Shown here one piece after another: positions 29,836 to 39,412 of a stretch of 64,000 bases of DNA (positions are counted from its first letter, which is position 1; each line of letters opens with the position of its first letter). The position numbers and the translations under genes are program-made. The notes beneath the pieces were generated by a model. That model did no database searches and was not told where the DNA came from. It worked only from the letters and a program-made list of their open reading frames with translations. The stretch covers positions 41,909 to 105,908 of the IMG/VR virus record IMGVR_UViG_3300047666_001259; one strand, given 5' to 3'. The stretch comes from a virus.

Positions 29836-31377
29836 AAGTAACTCTGTAAACCTTTGAGCTTCAGCCTGAGCTAACCATTTACCCATTTCTGGGGTTCCAT
29901 TAGTAAGCCCTGCTGCTTCCGCATCCTTACCACCTAATTTAGGTAGATTGATGTAGTCCATAAAAGCTTCAATCATCTTTGGATCACCCATTCCTAACAG
30001 CCCAGCTTTTGCTATCTGCTCAAAAGAAGCAGACTGTTTGTCTCTCTTTGATTTAGCATTGTTTGGGTTTAGGGATTTTAGGTCAACCAAATAAGAGACC
30101 GCCTTAGCAAAATCCCCAGAGTACTTTGCAGCCATTAAAGCCTTGAAAAGCTTATTTGGGTTGTTGTTTCTAGCAATCGAAGCCAAAACAACAACCTGAT
30201 CGTGATCATTTACCAATTTCTCTTTAACATTAACGTTAATGTTAGGGAGAACCTGTGGCATCATTCCAAAATCCTCAAGCATATCCAAGTAGTTTTGGAC
30301 AGACTTAGCTTGTTGTATTCCCTTCAGAAACTCAGCCATAATAGCTTCAGCTGGCTGACCTCCGAGAGAATTGTTCTGACGGATAGAATCAGCAGTCGCT
30401 TGATCCAAAGGGTTACCAACACGAGCAGCAAACCTAATTGCCCTCATAACTCTAATTCTGTGTTCATCAAACCTTTGAGTAGGATCACCTACAGTTCTTA
30501 CAATTCCGTTCTTGATATCCTCGATACCACCAACGAAGTCAATGATTTCTTTAGAATCAATATCATAGTATAAGGCGTTGATCGTCAAATCACGTCTGTA
30601 AGCATCTTGGTCAATGGTTGAGTATGCAGTTTCAGGTTTAGTGTGATCATCTCCGATGTCAGTTCTAAACGTAGCAATCTCATACAATCCGATATCAGTA
30701 TTAGGAATATGATCAGGAGTGGCTACGTGGACTACGGGGAATGTAGCACCAGCTTCTTTGATTCCGTACCCACCAACTGCATTAAACATAGCCAAAATCT
30801 CTTGCGGCTTGGCATCAGTTGCTAGATCGTAATCTTTAGGTTGCACCTTATTTAAGGCATCTCTAACTGCCCCTCCAACAACATACAGTTCAAATCCAGA
30901 CTTCGTAAAAATCTGGTTAATCACCAACAGGTCATTCGGTAAAGATAGCTCAAAAGGCACTCTTATTTCGTTTTCTATTTTCTTCAAAGCTTGTTCCATT
31001 AAATCTATTTCTTCAATTGTTGCTTCCACCTCTCTTTCTTGTGGAAGAACCTTAATCCCTTTCTTCTCTAGGAAAGCAACTAAAGCTACCGTCAAAGGTA
31101 CGGAAATTACTCCACCCGCCAAAAGACCTAAAGCTTTTCCTACGTCACCAGTTTGCCTTTTAAGAAAAACCTTCTCTTGTTTAGTGACTTTTTGTCTTTT
31201 GAGGATTCTCATGAGAATCTCCATTGCTTGCTTAGTCTCTTGAGTTTCTCGTTTAATAACATCAGGGGCTTGTTTCTTAACATCCTTAGTTGTATCCCAA
31301 GCCTTATTGACTCCCTTTCTTATTTTCTGAAAAACATTCTCCTTAACGAGCTGTTTTAACTGTTCTTCTTCTTTCAT
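29830..31377 (-). CDS. cca: tRNA nucleotidyltransferase (CCA-adding / poly(A) polymerase family) with an N-terminal LETM1-like extension
   Basis: YVVGGAVRD...KDYDLAT, EIATFR, DAYRRDLTINAL, RVMRAIRFAAR. Confidence 0.88.
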   Translation of the reverse strand: MKEEEQLKQLVKENVFQKIRKGVNKAWDTTKDVKKQAPDVIKRETQETKQAMEILMRILKRQKVTKQEKVFLKRQTGDVGKALGLLAGGVISVPLTVALVAFLEKKGIKVLPQEREVEATIEEIDLMEQALKKIENEIRVPFELSLPNDLLVINQIFTKSGFELYVVGGAVRDALNKVQPKDYDLATDAKPQEILAMFNAVGGYGIKEAGATFPVVHVATPDHIPNTDIGLYEIATFRTDIGDDHTKPETAYSTIDQDAYRRDLTINALYYDIDSKEIIDFVGGIEDIKNGIVRTVGDPTQRFDEHRIRVMRAIRFAARVGNPLDQATADSIRQNNSLGGQPAEAIMAEFLKGIQQAKSVQNYLDMLEDFGMMPQVLPNINVNVKEKLVNDHDQVVVLASIARNNNPNKLFKALMAAKYSGDFAKAVSYLVDLKSLNPNNAKSKRDKQSASFEQIAKAGLLGMGDPKMIEAFMDYINLPKLGGKDAEAAGLTNGTPEMGKWLAQAEAQRFTELLS

Positions 31378-31434
31378 ACGTATAAATACTTTAAAGTATT
31401 CTTTGTTAAAACGAAAATTTTGTACATTTGTTGC

Positions 31435-31593
31435 ATGATAGAAATATTAGAAAAAATTGTACCTTCGCAAACAGGCGACCCTCTCGGTCAAGTTATTGAT
31501 TTATTTGATGACCTTACGGATGGAGAAAGAGTCATAGTGATGGATGGGTTTAACCAAAGAACAGGAAAGAAGCTAGAAAATTCAGAAAAATAA
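31435..31593 (+). CDS. Small hypothetical protein (52 aa)
   Basis: Hand-translated MIEILEKIVPSQTG...; directly after the TACATTTG box; stop overlaps next ATG. Confidence 0.5.
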   Translation: MIEILEKIVPSQTGDPLGQVIDLFDDLTDGERVIVMDGFNQRTGKKLENSEK

Positions 31594-31781
31594 TGGAAAG
31601 AGATTCGACAGAATACAAGTTAGCTGAGAAAATAGTGCAACTAGAAAAAGCTTTGAGGGTAGCAAACAGAGCTTTGGAGTTGAGTGGCTCTTACGGAGTC
31701 CACCCTGACATATCAGTTAGTTTTAGGGAAAGTCAGAAGTTCCACAAAAGAGTAAGAGAAGTAATAAAAGAAAACAAATGA
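31593..31781 (+). CDS. Hypothetical protein
   Basis: ORF track. Confidence 0.5.
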   Translation: MERDSTEYKLAEKIVQLEKALRVANRALELSGSYGVHPDISVSFRESQKFHKRVREVIKENK

Positions 31782-32185
31782 AGAAAGATAAAGAACCATT
31801 ATTCCATTTAGAATTTGTTACAGAAGAAGATCAAAAAAAGAAAGATGCTGAAACAATTTCCAATCTCAAAGAGGAACAGAAGAGTGAGTTCGTTTTTGAA
31901 GGAGAATCTCTTTATTTAGATTATTCAGGTCACGCTTTTTTGAATGGATTCTTTAATAGTTACATTACCAAATCTAGCATAAGAGCTACACAATATCTTA
32001 GCGGATTCTGGAATATAAATGGTGATGGCTACAATTATGAAGATGGCAAATTTATAAAAATAGAATACCCTGAACAACCATCAGAGCCAATAGATTTCAA
32101 TAATATTAGTTTTCCGATAGTAAAAAATGTTGTTGCAAAACTAATTTCTGATGATTTAGTTTCAGAAACACCAAAACACGATTGA
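31778..32185 (+). CDS. Hypothetical protein with a C-terminal motif resembling T4-like major capsid protein
   Basis: FPIVKNVVAKLISDDLVS. Confidence 0.5.
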   Translation: MKKDKEPLFHLEFVTEEDQKKKDAETISNLKEEQKSEFVFEGESLYLDYSGHAFLNGFFNSYITKSSIRATQYLSGFWNINGDGYNYEDGKFIKIEYPEQPSEPIDFNNISFPIVKNVVAKLISDDLVSETPKHD

Positions 32186-32207
32186 TAATAAGCAAATTAA
32201 CAGGGTT

Positions 32208-32417
32208 ATGAATGTAAAAGAAAAAACCTTCAAAATGGTGGACTGGAATGATATATTACCTATAGTTCCTGAACACAGTTATTTATGGGACGTTGGAAAT
32301 GATTCCTTCACCATTTACTTTATTAATGATCCCAGTGAAGAAGATGATCCTATCTCTAAATTTCTTATTGAGAAATATGATAATATTAGTGTGGGGGATT
32401 CAATATTAATAGGATAG
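32208..32417 (+). CDS. Hypothetical protein
   Basis: ORF track. Confidence 0.5.
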   Translation: MNVKEKTFKMVDWNDILPIVPEHSYLWDVGNDSFTIYFINDPSEEDDPISKFLIEKYDNISVGDSILIG

Positions 32418-32423
32418 AACAGA

Positions 32424-32858
32424 ATGACAAAGAAGAAAAAGAAAATAGTACAAATTGATCTTGACGGAGTTATGGTCGATTACATGGAGCAAAAGGAAAA
32501 CGGCTCTCTTCACCAAGATGAAAGAGGCTTCTTTTTGACAATGAGACCAATAGTTGGAGCTGTAGATGCTTATCACAGACTTCATTATAGTGAAGAATAT
32601 GAACCTTACATTCTTTCTACCGCACCTTGGAGCAACACTTGGTCTTGGATGGAAAAAAGAATCTGGGTCGAAACTTTTATTGGTGAGAAAGCTTTTAAGA
32701 AGCTCACTTTGACTCATAACAAAAACTTAGTCATAGGTGATTATTTAGTCGATGATAGACCTTTTAATGGTGCAGCTGAGTTTACGGGAGAATGGATTCA
32801 AATGGGTTCGGAGAAATTTCCAGACTGGGACGCAGTGTTAGAATATTTAGGAGTATGA
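32424..32858 (+). CDS. 5'(3')-deoxyribonucleotidase (NT5C, HAD family)
   Basis: DLDGVMVD, ILSTAPW, EKRIWV, K.L..GDYLVDDR. Confidence 0.88.
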   Translation: MTKKKKKIVQIDLDGVMVDYMEQKENGSLHQDERGFFLTMRPIVGAVDAYHRLHYSEEYEPYILSTAPWSNTWSWMEKRIWVETFIGEKAFKKLTLTHNKNLVIGDYLVDDRPFNGAAEFTGEWIQMGSEKFPDWDAVLEYLGV

Positions 32859-33079
32859 GATACTTTAAAAGGAAATTCAAAACCACTCAAGGAGTTAGGT
32901 TAGCTATCTTCCTGAAGAGACCTTATGATTGGGTTAGATTAAAGCTAGAAGGACAATCTATACTTTCTCACAAGTATAGTTATTCTCTCATTGGTTTTGG
33001 GGAGTATCAAGGAAGATATAAGATAGTAAATTTAATCATTACTCAAGAGATGATTGATGATATAAAAAAAACAATTTGA
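32855..33079 (+). CDS. Hypothetical protein
   Basis: ATGA overlap with the upstream gene. Confidence 0.45.
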   Translation: MRYFKRKFKTTQGVRLAIFLKRPYDWVRLKLEGQSILSHKYSYSLIGFGEYQGRYKIVNLIITQEMIDDIKKTI

Positions 33080-33162
33080 AGAATCATTTTTAAAACTTGT
33101 CCATATAAGAAACTTATCAGTCGAGCAGAGAAAGCTCTAGAATTATAATAAAACCAAAAACA

Positions 33163-33372
33163 ATGAAAGAATTTAATACCATAGGAACTATTACATTTGA
33201 TTTCAGTATCGATGTTGAAGCCTTAACGGAAGAAGAAGCTGAAGCAAAAGCGTTGGAGATAGTTAAGAATTATTACCACCTAAGCGTTACTGGTGCATAT
33301 CATCAAAAAGATGAAATAAAAATCAAACACCTAGACACAGGAGTTTCTCGAAATATTCAGACGGAATTTTAA
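33163..33372 (+). CDS. Hypothetical protein
   Basis: VEALTEEEA motif. Confidence 0.5.
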   Translation: MKEFNTIGTITFDFSIDVEALTEEEAEAKALEIVKNYYHLSVTGAYHQKDEIKIKHLDTGVSRNIQTEF

Positions 33373-33388
33373 CAGAACGGCTTTGATT

Positions 33389-33414
33389 TGCAACAAATAA
33401 TTTTTTCTTGCGTT
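33389..33414 (+). promoter_or_regulatory. ECF-type promoter TGCAAC-N16-CGTT (other copies at 33957, 44992, 50268, 53836, 58080, 62230 on +; 53205-53230 on -)
   Basis: 8 copies, spacer exactly 16 nt, each about 8-25 nt before an ATG. Confidence 0.8.
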
Positions 33415-33432
33415 AAATAAAAAAAATTTAAC

Positions 33433-33939
33433 ATGCAAATAAAACTAAAAAGTAATAGTTTAAAGAATCTTTCATTTATCTTTGATGCTCTTGGAACGTT
33501 AAATTTATCTTACGAAGATGAAGTAAGTATCAACCAGCATTTAAATTCAATAAAAATTGATATCCACCATCTTCAATATAAAGGAGAATTTGATGGTGAT
33601 AAATTTATAGATTTTATTGATCGAGTTAAGTTTGTTAATAATCTAGAAATCAAACACCCTAACTGCTTAGCTGAGAGGATATTTGCTTTAGATATATTAA
33701 AATCAAACGGTGTTGATTTATCTCAACCAAAAATAGGTGAATACGAGGTGGTTAAAAAAAAGTCGAGCGAGAGATTTTTTCAAAAATCCTCTGGTAATAT
33801 TAGTAGTGTTTTTAGTTTTGTAAACCTTGTTGGTGACAAATTAATTTTCAGTTCTATCACTATAAATAAGTTTAGTTCATTTGAGATAATAAGTAAAATT
33901 TTAATTGATAAGGTTGAAAATTATAAAACTCAAAACTAA
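33433..33939 (+). CDS. Hypothetical protein
   Basis: Preceded by TGCAAC-N16-CGTT. Confidence 0.5.
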   Translation: MQIKLKSNSLKNLSFIFDALGTLNLSYEDEVSINQHLNSIKIDIHHLQYKGEFDGDKFIDFIDRVKFVNNLEIKHPNCLAERIFALDILKSNGVDLSQPKIGEYEVVKKKSSERFFQKSSGNISSVFSFVNLVGDKLIFSSITINKFSSFEIISKILIDKVENYKTQN

Positions 33940-34007
33940 TTCTTTGCGAAACGATTTGCAACAAAACGATAAATAATACGTTAAAGAGGAAACAAACAAG
34001 TAAATAT

Positions 34008-35282
34008 ATGACTCACAAGGAGCTAACAAACATCGAAGGAAGGTATACGCAGTCAACTATTGATGACGATTTATATAAGCTGAACATGCAGTACGCAGCC
34101 TTTGTTCTTTTTCCAAGAGCTAAAGTTCAATATAAGTACATCCTTCGATCTGATGTTAAATTCCCAAAAGGATTCGGAGCCGTCCTGAGAGACATCATCC
34201 ACCAATATTCTGGACTTACTGCTCCAGAAGGTGCAGAAGAGTTTCTTAATAGAAGATGTGGGTATTTACCTCCTACTTTTATAAACTTCTTATTGAATTT
34301 CCGTTTCAACCCTTCTGAGGTTGGAATTATTCAACATAAAGATGGATCAATTGAAATTGATATCGAAGGATACTTTTTCTCAGCTATTAGATGGGAAGTA
34401 ACTTTGATGGCAACAATATCTGAGCTTTACTTCCTAATGACGGGAGAGGCTGATAAGATTGATATCGAAAGAATGAACAATTCTGGAGAAAAAGCAAGTC
34501 ATCTTAGATTGCATGCAATCAAGTTTGCTGAATTTGGAACTCGAAGAAGATTCTCTTATAAAAACCAACTTCATACAGTTAAAGAATTGAAGAGAACTGG
34601 TTGGGACAGTTTTATCGGAACATCTAATGTTCACATCGCCATGATGGAAGATTTAACTCCAATTGGAACTCAAGGTCATGAGTGGTTCATGTTTCACCTA
34701 GCCATGTATGGTGCTAGAATGGCAAATGTCATGGGAATGAGAAATTGGGCTGATGTCTTTAATGGAGACAACGGAATTATCCTTCCTGACACATTTACTA
34801 CTGATGAATTCTTAAAAGTATTTGACAAAAGAATGTCTAAGCTTTATGATGGATCAAGATGGGATTCTGGAAGCTATAAGGATTTCACCGACAAATTCGT
34901 TGAACATTACAAAAAATTCAAAATAGATCACACTTCTAAACAATATGTTTACAGTGATGGGATTAACTCTTTACAAAAGTGTTATGATATCGTAAGCTAC
35001 GGAAATAAAGTTCACGATATTCCTAGATCAAACTTACCTTTAGGTATCGGAACTTGGTTTACCAACGACTTTGAAGGAATCACTCCTTTGAATCAAGTAA
35101 TCAAAATGTGGGCAGCACAACCAATCGAAGACGGAAGGTGGATTGATGTTTGTAAAATTTCTGACTCTTTCGGTAAAGTTACTGGAGAGAAAGAAGAAGC
35201 GGACTTGACTATGAAGGTGCTTGGGGTTAATTTAGAAGACCTTCAGAAAAAGAGTGAAGAAGCAGAAGTGTCAGAAGTATAA
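34008..35282 (+). CDS. pncB: Nicotinate phosphoribosyltransferase
   Basis: DDDLYKLNMQ, EFGTRRRFS, GTSNV, PIGTQGHEW, DT, R.DSG, SDG, GIGT.FTND, KISD..GK. Confidence 0.92.
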   Translation: MTHKELTNIEGRYTQSTIDDDLYKLNMQYAAFVLFPRAKVQYKYILRSDVKFPKGFGAVLRDIIHQYSGLTAPEGAEEFLNRRCGYLPPTFINFLLNFRFNPSEVGIIQHKDGSIEIDIEGYFFSAIRWEVTLMATISELYFLMTGEADKIDIERMNNSGEKASHLRLHAIKFAEFGTRRRFSYKNQLHTVKELKRTGWDSFIGTSNVHIAMMEDLTPIGTQGHEWFMFHLAMYGARMANVMGMRNWADVFNGDNGIILPDTFTTDEFLKVFDKRMSKLYDGSRWDSGSYKDFTDKFVEHYKKFKIDHTSKQYVYSDGINSLQKCYDIVSYGNKVHDIPRSNLPLGIGTWFTNDFEGITPLNQVIKMWAAQPIEDGRWIDVCKISDSFGKVTGEKEEADLTMKVLGVNLEDLQKKSEEAEVSEV

Positions 35283-35692
35283 TGGAAAAAATGGGAAGCA
35301 AATTAACACATAGATTTACAGTATTTCCTCAAGACACCAACAATCTCCAAACTTTATTTGGAGGAAAATTGATGGCTGAGATGGATTTAGCAGCAGCAAC
35401 TCTTTGTAGAAAGCTTTTGATAACATCTGAAGCAGAAGGAGCGGTTACTGCATCTTTCTCTAGGATTGATTTTACAGCACCTGCTCATGTGGATGACTTA
35501 ATCGAAATCAAAGCTGAGTTAAAGATGATTGGAAAATCTTCATTGAGGATACGGTTGGTGGCTTCAAAAGAAGACCCAGACGGAAAGGTAATAAAAATTG
35601 GGAGTTCTAACGCAACTTTTGTATCTTTGAAAGAAGGGAAATCTTTTCCTCATGGAATTAACTGGAACAATGTATGTTCCGAATACTTTTAA
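35282..35692 (+). CDS. Hotdog-fold acyl-CoA thioesterase
   Basis: VFPQDTN...LFGGKLMAEMDLAA...IDF.AP...IGKSSL. Confidence 0.85.
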   Translation: MEKMGSKLTHRFTVFPQDTNNLQTLFGGKLMAEMDLAAATLCRKLLITSEAEGAVTASFSRIDFTAPAHVDDLIEIKAELKMIGKSSLRIRLVASKEDPDGKVIKIGSSNATFVSLKEGKSFPHGINWNNVCSEYF

Positions 35693-35695
35693 AAT

Positions 35696-36334
35696 ATGAT
35701 TACAATAGGTTTATATTTCGGATCATTTAACCCGCTCACGAGAGCGCACTACAAAATTGCAGAACATTCTTTGACTCATTTGGATGAAGTTTGGTTTGTG
35801 GTTTCTCCCGCCAATCCTGATAAGGAAGCAACTGGAGAGTTAGAAGATGCTAGTCATAGGCTTGAAATGGTTAAAAGAACAGTGGATTTCTATAATGAAA
35901 ACAAGAAATCTGTAAACCTATTTGCTTCTGATGTAGAGTTTCATCTTCCTAACCCATCTTGGACTGATTCTTCAATTAAGAAGATTAAAGAAGAGCTTCT
36001 TAGAGATCGAGGTTTGAATGAGGGTGAATATGATCTTCGAATCATTTGTGGTCGTGACACTCACTACAGAATTCAAACTTGGAAGAACAAAGATTACATT
36101 ATTGACAACTGTAGTTTCTTGGTTTATGACCGTGCTGGAGTTGATTCAGTAGAAGACGAAGCTCTTCATCTAAAGAGTTATTATGTTAATGATCTTGGCA
36201 TCCTTCCAATATCTTCTACAATAGTCCGAGAGACTATTCATAAAGGAGGAGAAATATTTAATCTCGTCCCAGATGTCGTTGACTGTTACATTAGAGAGAA
36301 CGGCTTGTATCCTTACAAAACTAAGAAACGATGA
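35696..36334 (+). CDS. nadD: Nicotinate-nucleotide adenylyltransferase
   Basis: YFGSFNPLTRAH, VWFVVSP.NP, I.G.D, WK, ISSTIVRE. Confidence 0.88.
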   Translation: MITIGLYFGSFNPLTRAHYKIAEHSLTHLDEVWFVVSPANPDKEATGELEDASHRLEMVKRTVDFYNENKKSVNLFASDVEFHLPNPSWTDSSIKKIKEELLRDRGLNEGEYDLRIICGRDTHYRIQTWKNKDYIIDNCSFLVYDRAGVDSVEDEALHLKSYYVNDLGILPISSTIVRETIHKGGEIFNLVPDVVDCYIRENGLYPYKTKKR

Positions 36335-36594
36335 TCCCAATAGATATAGAACATGAACTCTATTATGATCGTGGCAAGCCTGAGTTAAGAGAGAGAACTC
36401 GTAATAGATTAATTAAGATGAAAGAGGTTGGGATGGAAGCATACCATAACTATCAATTCGGTTATGAAGGTGTGATGTCAGGTCTTTGGATTGAAAGAGT
36501 TTGGGGCTTTAGTGAAGAGAGATGGAATAAATACATGAAATGGGCAACGGACTTAATTAAAGAGAAAACAGATGAAGCTACTAAGGTGTCCTAA
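36331..36594 (+). CDS. Hypothetical protein
   Basis: Coupled ORF. Confidence 0.5.
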   Translation: MIPIDIEHELYYDRGKPELRERTRNRLIKMKEVGMEAYHNYQFGYEGVMSGLWIERVWGFSEERWNKYMKWATDLIKEKTDEATKVS

Positions 36595-37930
36595 TTGTAA
36601 TGACGTTATCCGTTTAGTTCATATTGAATGGAGAACTTGTGAGTGTGGAGGTTGTGGAGGTCAATATAATAAAGACCTCATGAGCGCAACCATCGGAGGG
36701 AAATGCGATGTAATTGGGCTATCAAATTTATTCTTCAACGAAGACTTTAGAAAAAAGACTTGGGAAGAAAAAGTGGAATTCAGAAAAGAAATTAACCATT
36801 ACCCCGCTGAGATTTGGTTCGGAGAGATGCAAGGCGACAATCAGATCATTCGTATTGAAGACCCTAAAGGTGGGAGAATTGAAATGGATGTAGAGTTTGA
36901 CCCAGAGAGTGAAACTACTAAATCAATCATCACAGACAAAAGAAATTATTTTGTTAACCTTGCTGACGATACAAAGCCGAAAGAATTAATTATTCATAAT
37001 AAAATGGTTCCGTCTTTTAGAGATGCTGAAATGAGATTGGGAGGAAAGTCTTCCGCTGTTGAAGCCATAACAGATAGAACAAAAGAACAAAAGAACAATA
37101 ACATGGAGACAATCAATTACGAAGAAGTAGCAACCCATATTACCAAGTGGTTGAAAAATTACAGCGTAAAAGCTGGGGCTAAAGGATATGTTCTTGGTAT
37201 TTCAGGAGGAGTGGATTCAGCGGTAGTTTCTACTTTGTGTGCCAGAACTGGACTGCCTCTAACTTGTTTGGAAATGCCGATCCACCAAAACGAAGAACAT
37301 GACACTCGTGCTGCAAGACATATTGATTGGCTTGAAGAAAATTTTGATTACGTAACAAGAGAAAGAGTTGATTTGACAGCAACTTTCGATTTGTTCATGA
37401 ACTCAAACAGTATTATTCAAGGTGGGGACATGTCCGCTGTTCGGCTAGCAGGAGCCAACGCCAGAAGTAGACTTAGAATGGTTCAGCTTTACTTAATAGC
37501 TTCAATCAAGAATATGTTGGTCTGCGGTACGGGAAACAAGGTTGAAGATTTTGGTGTAGGATTCTATACTAAGTACGGTGATGGAGGAGTTGATGTAAGT
37601 CCAATTGCAGACCTTTTAAAGACAGAAGTTTGGGGATTGGCAAAACACCTTGGAATAAACGAAGAAATCGTTTCTGCCATACCTTCAGATGGTTTGTGGG
37701 GAGATACTAGATCAGATGAAGATCAGATTGGAGCCTCTTACCCAGAGCTTGAATGGGCAATGGCTTATATCGATAAAAATTACACTGACATTTCAATGGG
37801 GGTTCATCCTTACAATGATGTTACGGAAAGACAAATGGAAGTAATTGACATTTATAGAGGATTCAATTCTCGAAACCAACACAAGATGGTAGAGATTCCC
37901 GTTTGCGATGTTTCTAAATTTAGAAATTAA
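36572..37930 (+). CDS. nadE: NH3-dependent NAD+ synthetase with an N-terminal Zn-ribbon domain (NadE domain from about 37103)
   Basis: LGISGGVDSAV, NARSRLRM, GTGNKVE..VGFYTKYGDGG, PIADL.KTEV, PSDGLW, DEDQIG, NQHK. Confidence 0.92.
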   Translation: MKLLRCPNCNDVIRLVHIEWRTCECGGCGGQYNKDLMSATIGGKCDVIGLSNLFFNEDFRKKTWEEKVEFRKEINHYPAEIWFGEMQGDNQIIRIEDPKGGRIEMDVEFDPESETTKSIITDKRNYFVNLADDTKPKELIIHNKMVPSFRDAEMRLGGKSSAVEAITDRTKEQKNNNMETINYEEVATHITKWLKNYSVKAGAKGYVLGISGGVDSAVVSTLCARTGLPLTCLEMPIHQNEEHDTRAARHIDWLEENFDYVTRERVDLTATFDLFMNSNSIIQGGDMSAVRLAGANARSRLRMVQLYLIASIKNMLVCGTGNKVEDFGVGFYTKYGDGGVDVSPIADLLKTEVWGLAKHLGINEEIVSAIPSDGLWGDTRSDEDQIGASYPELEWAMAYIDKNYTDISMGVHPYNDVTERQMEVIDIYRGFNSRNQHKMVEIPVCDVSKFRN

Positions 37931-37948
37931 TAACATTTAAATCGAATT

Positions 37949-38260
37949 ATGAAAAAAGAAAATTTAATAGAACAATATAAAGAAATATCGAAAACATATT
38001 CATCTTTTGAAGATTGTTATAATCTTGTAACAGAAACTAATAATGTAGAAATATGTAAATTTTGTTTAGATTCTGATGGTATTTGGAAAAGACTTGAATT
38101 ACAATGGATGTTGGAATTTTTTCAAACCAACGAAGAATATGAAAAATGTGAAGTTTTGAAAAAATTAATAGAAGAACATTTTATTGCTGATGAATATAAA
38201 CAAAATGAGTTGAATAGTAAATTAGATGAATATGTTTCTTATATAAATAACGGTAGTTAG
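37949..38260 (+). CDS. Hypothetical protein, UVR-like motif
   Basis: LEFFQTNEEYEKCEVLK; very AT-rich; left flank of the cassette array. Confidence 0.55.
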   Translation: MKKENLIEQYKEISKTYSSFEDCYNLVTETNNVEICKFCLDSDGIWKRLELQWMLEFFQTNEEYEKCEVLKKLIEEHFIADEYKQNELNSKLDEYVSYINNGS

Positions 38261-38601
38261 TAATCCTATATAAGAATAGTAATAAAGGACGTGGAACTGC
38301 CGCTAATGAAATAATGAGTGGTTATGCGTTGTATAATAACAACTGTGCTGAACCCACTTGGTTACTTACTGAGTTTAATTATTTAAAAGAAACAACAAAT
38401 ATTAAATTCAAAAAATACTTTGGATATAAATTAACTGAAGAAGAAAGCGTTGTGTTTTGCTATGAAAATGATTGATATAATGAGTGAGACACTAAGGAGT
38501 GCAAAGGGAGTGCCTAATGGCTCTTTTCGGTGTGCCGATGACGAATGTATGTTATCCCCCTCTCATTCATTATATCTTTTGTTATTGTGCGTTTTAATAC
38601 A

Positions 38602-38810
38602 CTCTAACGGTTTGTGTATGGGTATTTTTTGCCCGATTTAATAATAACTAAAATTTAATAAAATGACTGAGGAAATTAAGCAATTACTGATTGACTGTGC
38701 AAACTTTATCCAACCGTATGATGATGGAGGAAACGAAGCTGAAAGGTTAATGATAAGACTTGATGAAGCACTAAAGCAAGGGTAATAATTACCTATACAC
38801 GTTGTTGTAT
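38602..38810 (+). repeat. attC-like site A (209 bp, loop carries a 40-codon ORF)
   Basis: CTCTAAC 38602-08; arms 38614-34 / 38780-800; GTTGTAT 38804-10. Confidence 0.8.
38663..38785 (+). CDS. 40-aa ORF inside an attC-like loop (possibly truncated)
   Basis: MTEEIKQLLIDCANFIQPYDDGGNEAERLMIRLDEALKQG*; A-rich leader. Confidence 0.5.
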   Translation: MTEEIKQLLIDCANFIQPYDDGGNEAERLMIRLDEALKQG

Positions 38811-38897
38811 GTCTTTTTTAATTGCATACAATATGTTGTATGTGCCGTTATGAGGCACGAGCAATGAATTTTAAACCTTGTTAGGCACTTTACGATA

Positions 38898-39089
38898 ATG
38901 GATAAGATGGAATCATTCACGTACAAAGGCTTCAAGGTAGACCCAACTTGTTATAACTATGGTTTTGAATGTATAGTTCAAGACGAAGCACCAAAGCTAT
39001 TTGGTATGTCTATAAATGGCATCAAGTTAGAGATTGACGAATGGATTAAAAAAGAAAAAAGGGAAGGGGAAAACTTAGAGTACCTATAA
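38898..39089 (+). CDS. Cassette ORF, hypothetical
   Basis: Follows GTTAGGCAC at 38880; ends in a degenerate complement TAGAGTACCTATA. Confidence 0.55.
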   Translation: MDKMESFTYKGFKVDPTCYNYGFECIVQDEAPKLFGMSINGIKLEIDEWIKKEKREGENLEYL

Positions 39090-39106
39090 AATTAAAGACA
39101 AATAAA

Positions 39107-39412
39107 ATGAACGAATCAAAAGAAATGATGGGGGAGCAATGTTTAACCGAAAAACAAACATTAAAAACCTCTTTAGAAAAATTAAACCAAAGAAACTATG
39201 AACTGAATGATATTGCGTCATTAAGTTCTCTATTAGTAGAAAAATTCTTTAACCCTAATAACGAGCCTAGAGATAATCAAGGTTCTGATAGAGAAAAAGA
39301 AAGACAGCCTGATAATATAGTTGAAGTTTTTGACGAGGTATCTAAAAAGCTTGGTAATAACATAAACACTATTGGGAGCAATTTGCAAAGAATATTGGCA
39401 ATAATGGAATAA
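39107..39412 (+). CDS. Cassette-region ORF, hypothetical coiled coil
   Basis: ORF track. Confidence 0.55.
   Translation: MNESKEMMGEQCLTEKQTLKTSLEKLNQRNYELNDIASLSSLLVEKFFNPNNEPRDNQGSDREKERQPDNIVEVFDEVSKKLGNNINTIGSNLQRILAIME

Noticed and set aside
34008-37930. Bacterial chromosome or host contamination suggested by the metabolic genes
   Set aside because: The genes are interleaved with phage hypothetical ORFs, share the phage promoter motif and are contiguous with baseplate genes.
38450-38641. 63-aa ORF MCFAMK...
   Set aside because: TTG start; it runs across hairpin arms and an empty unit and is probably a by-product of site sequence.
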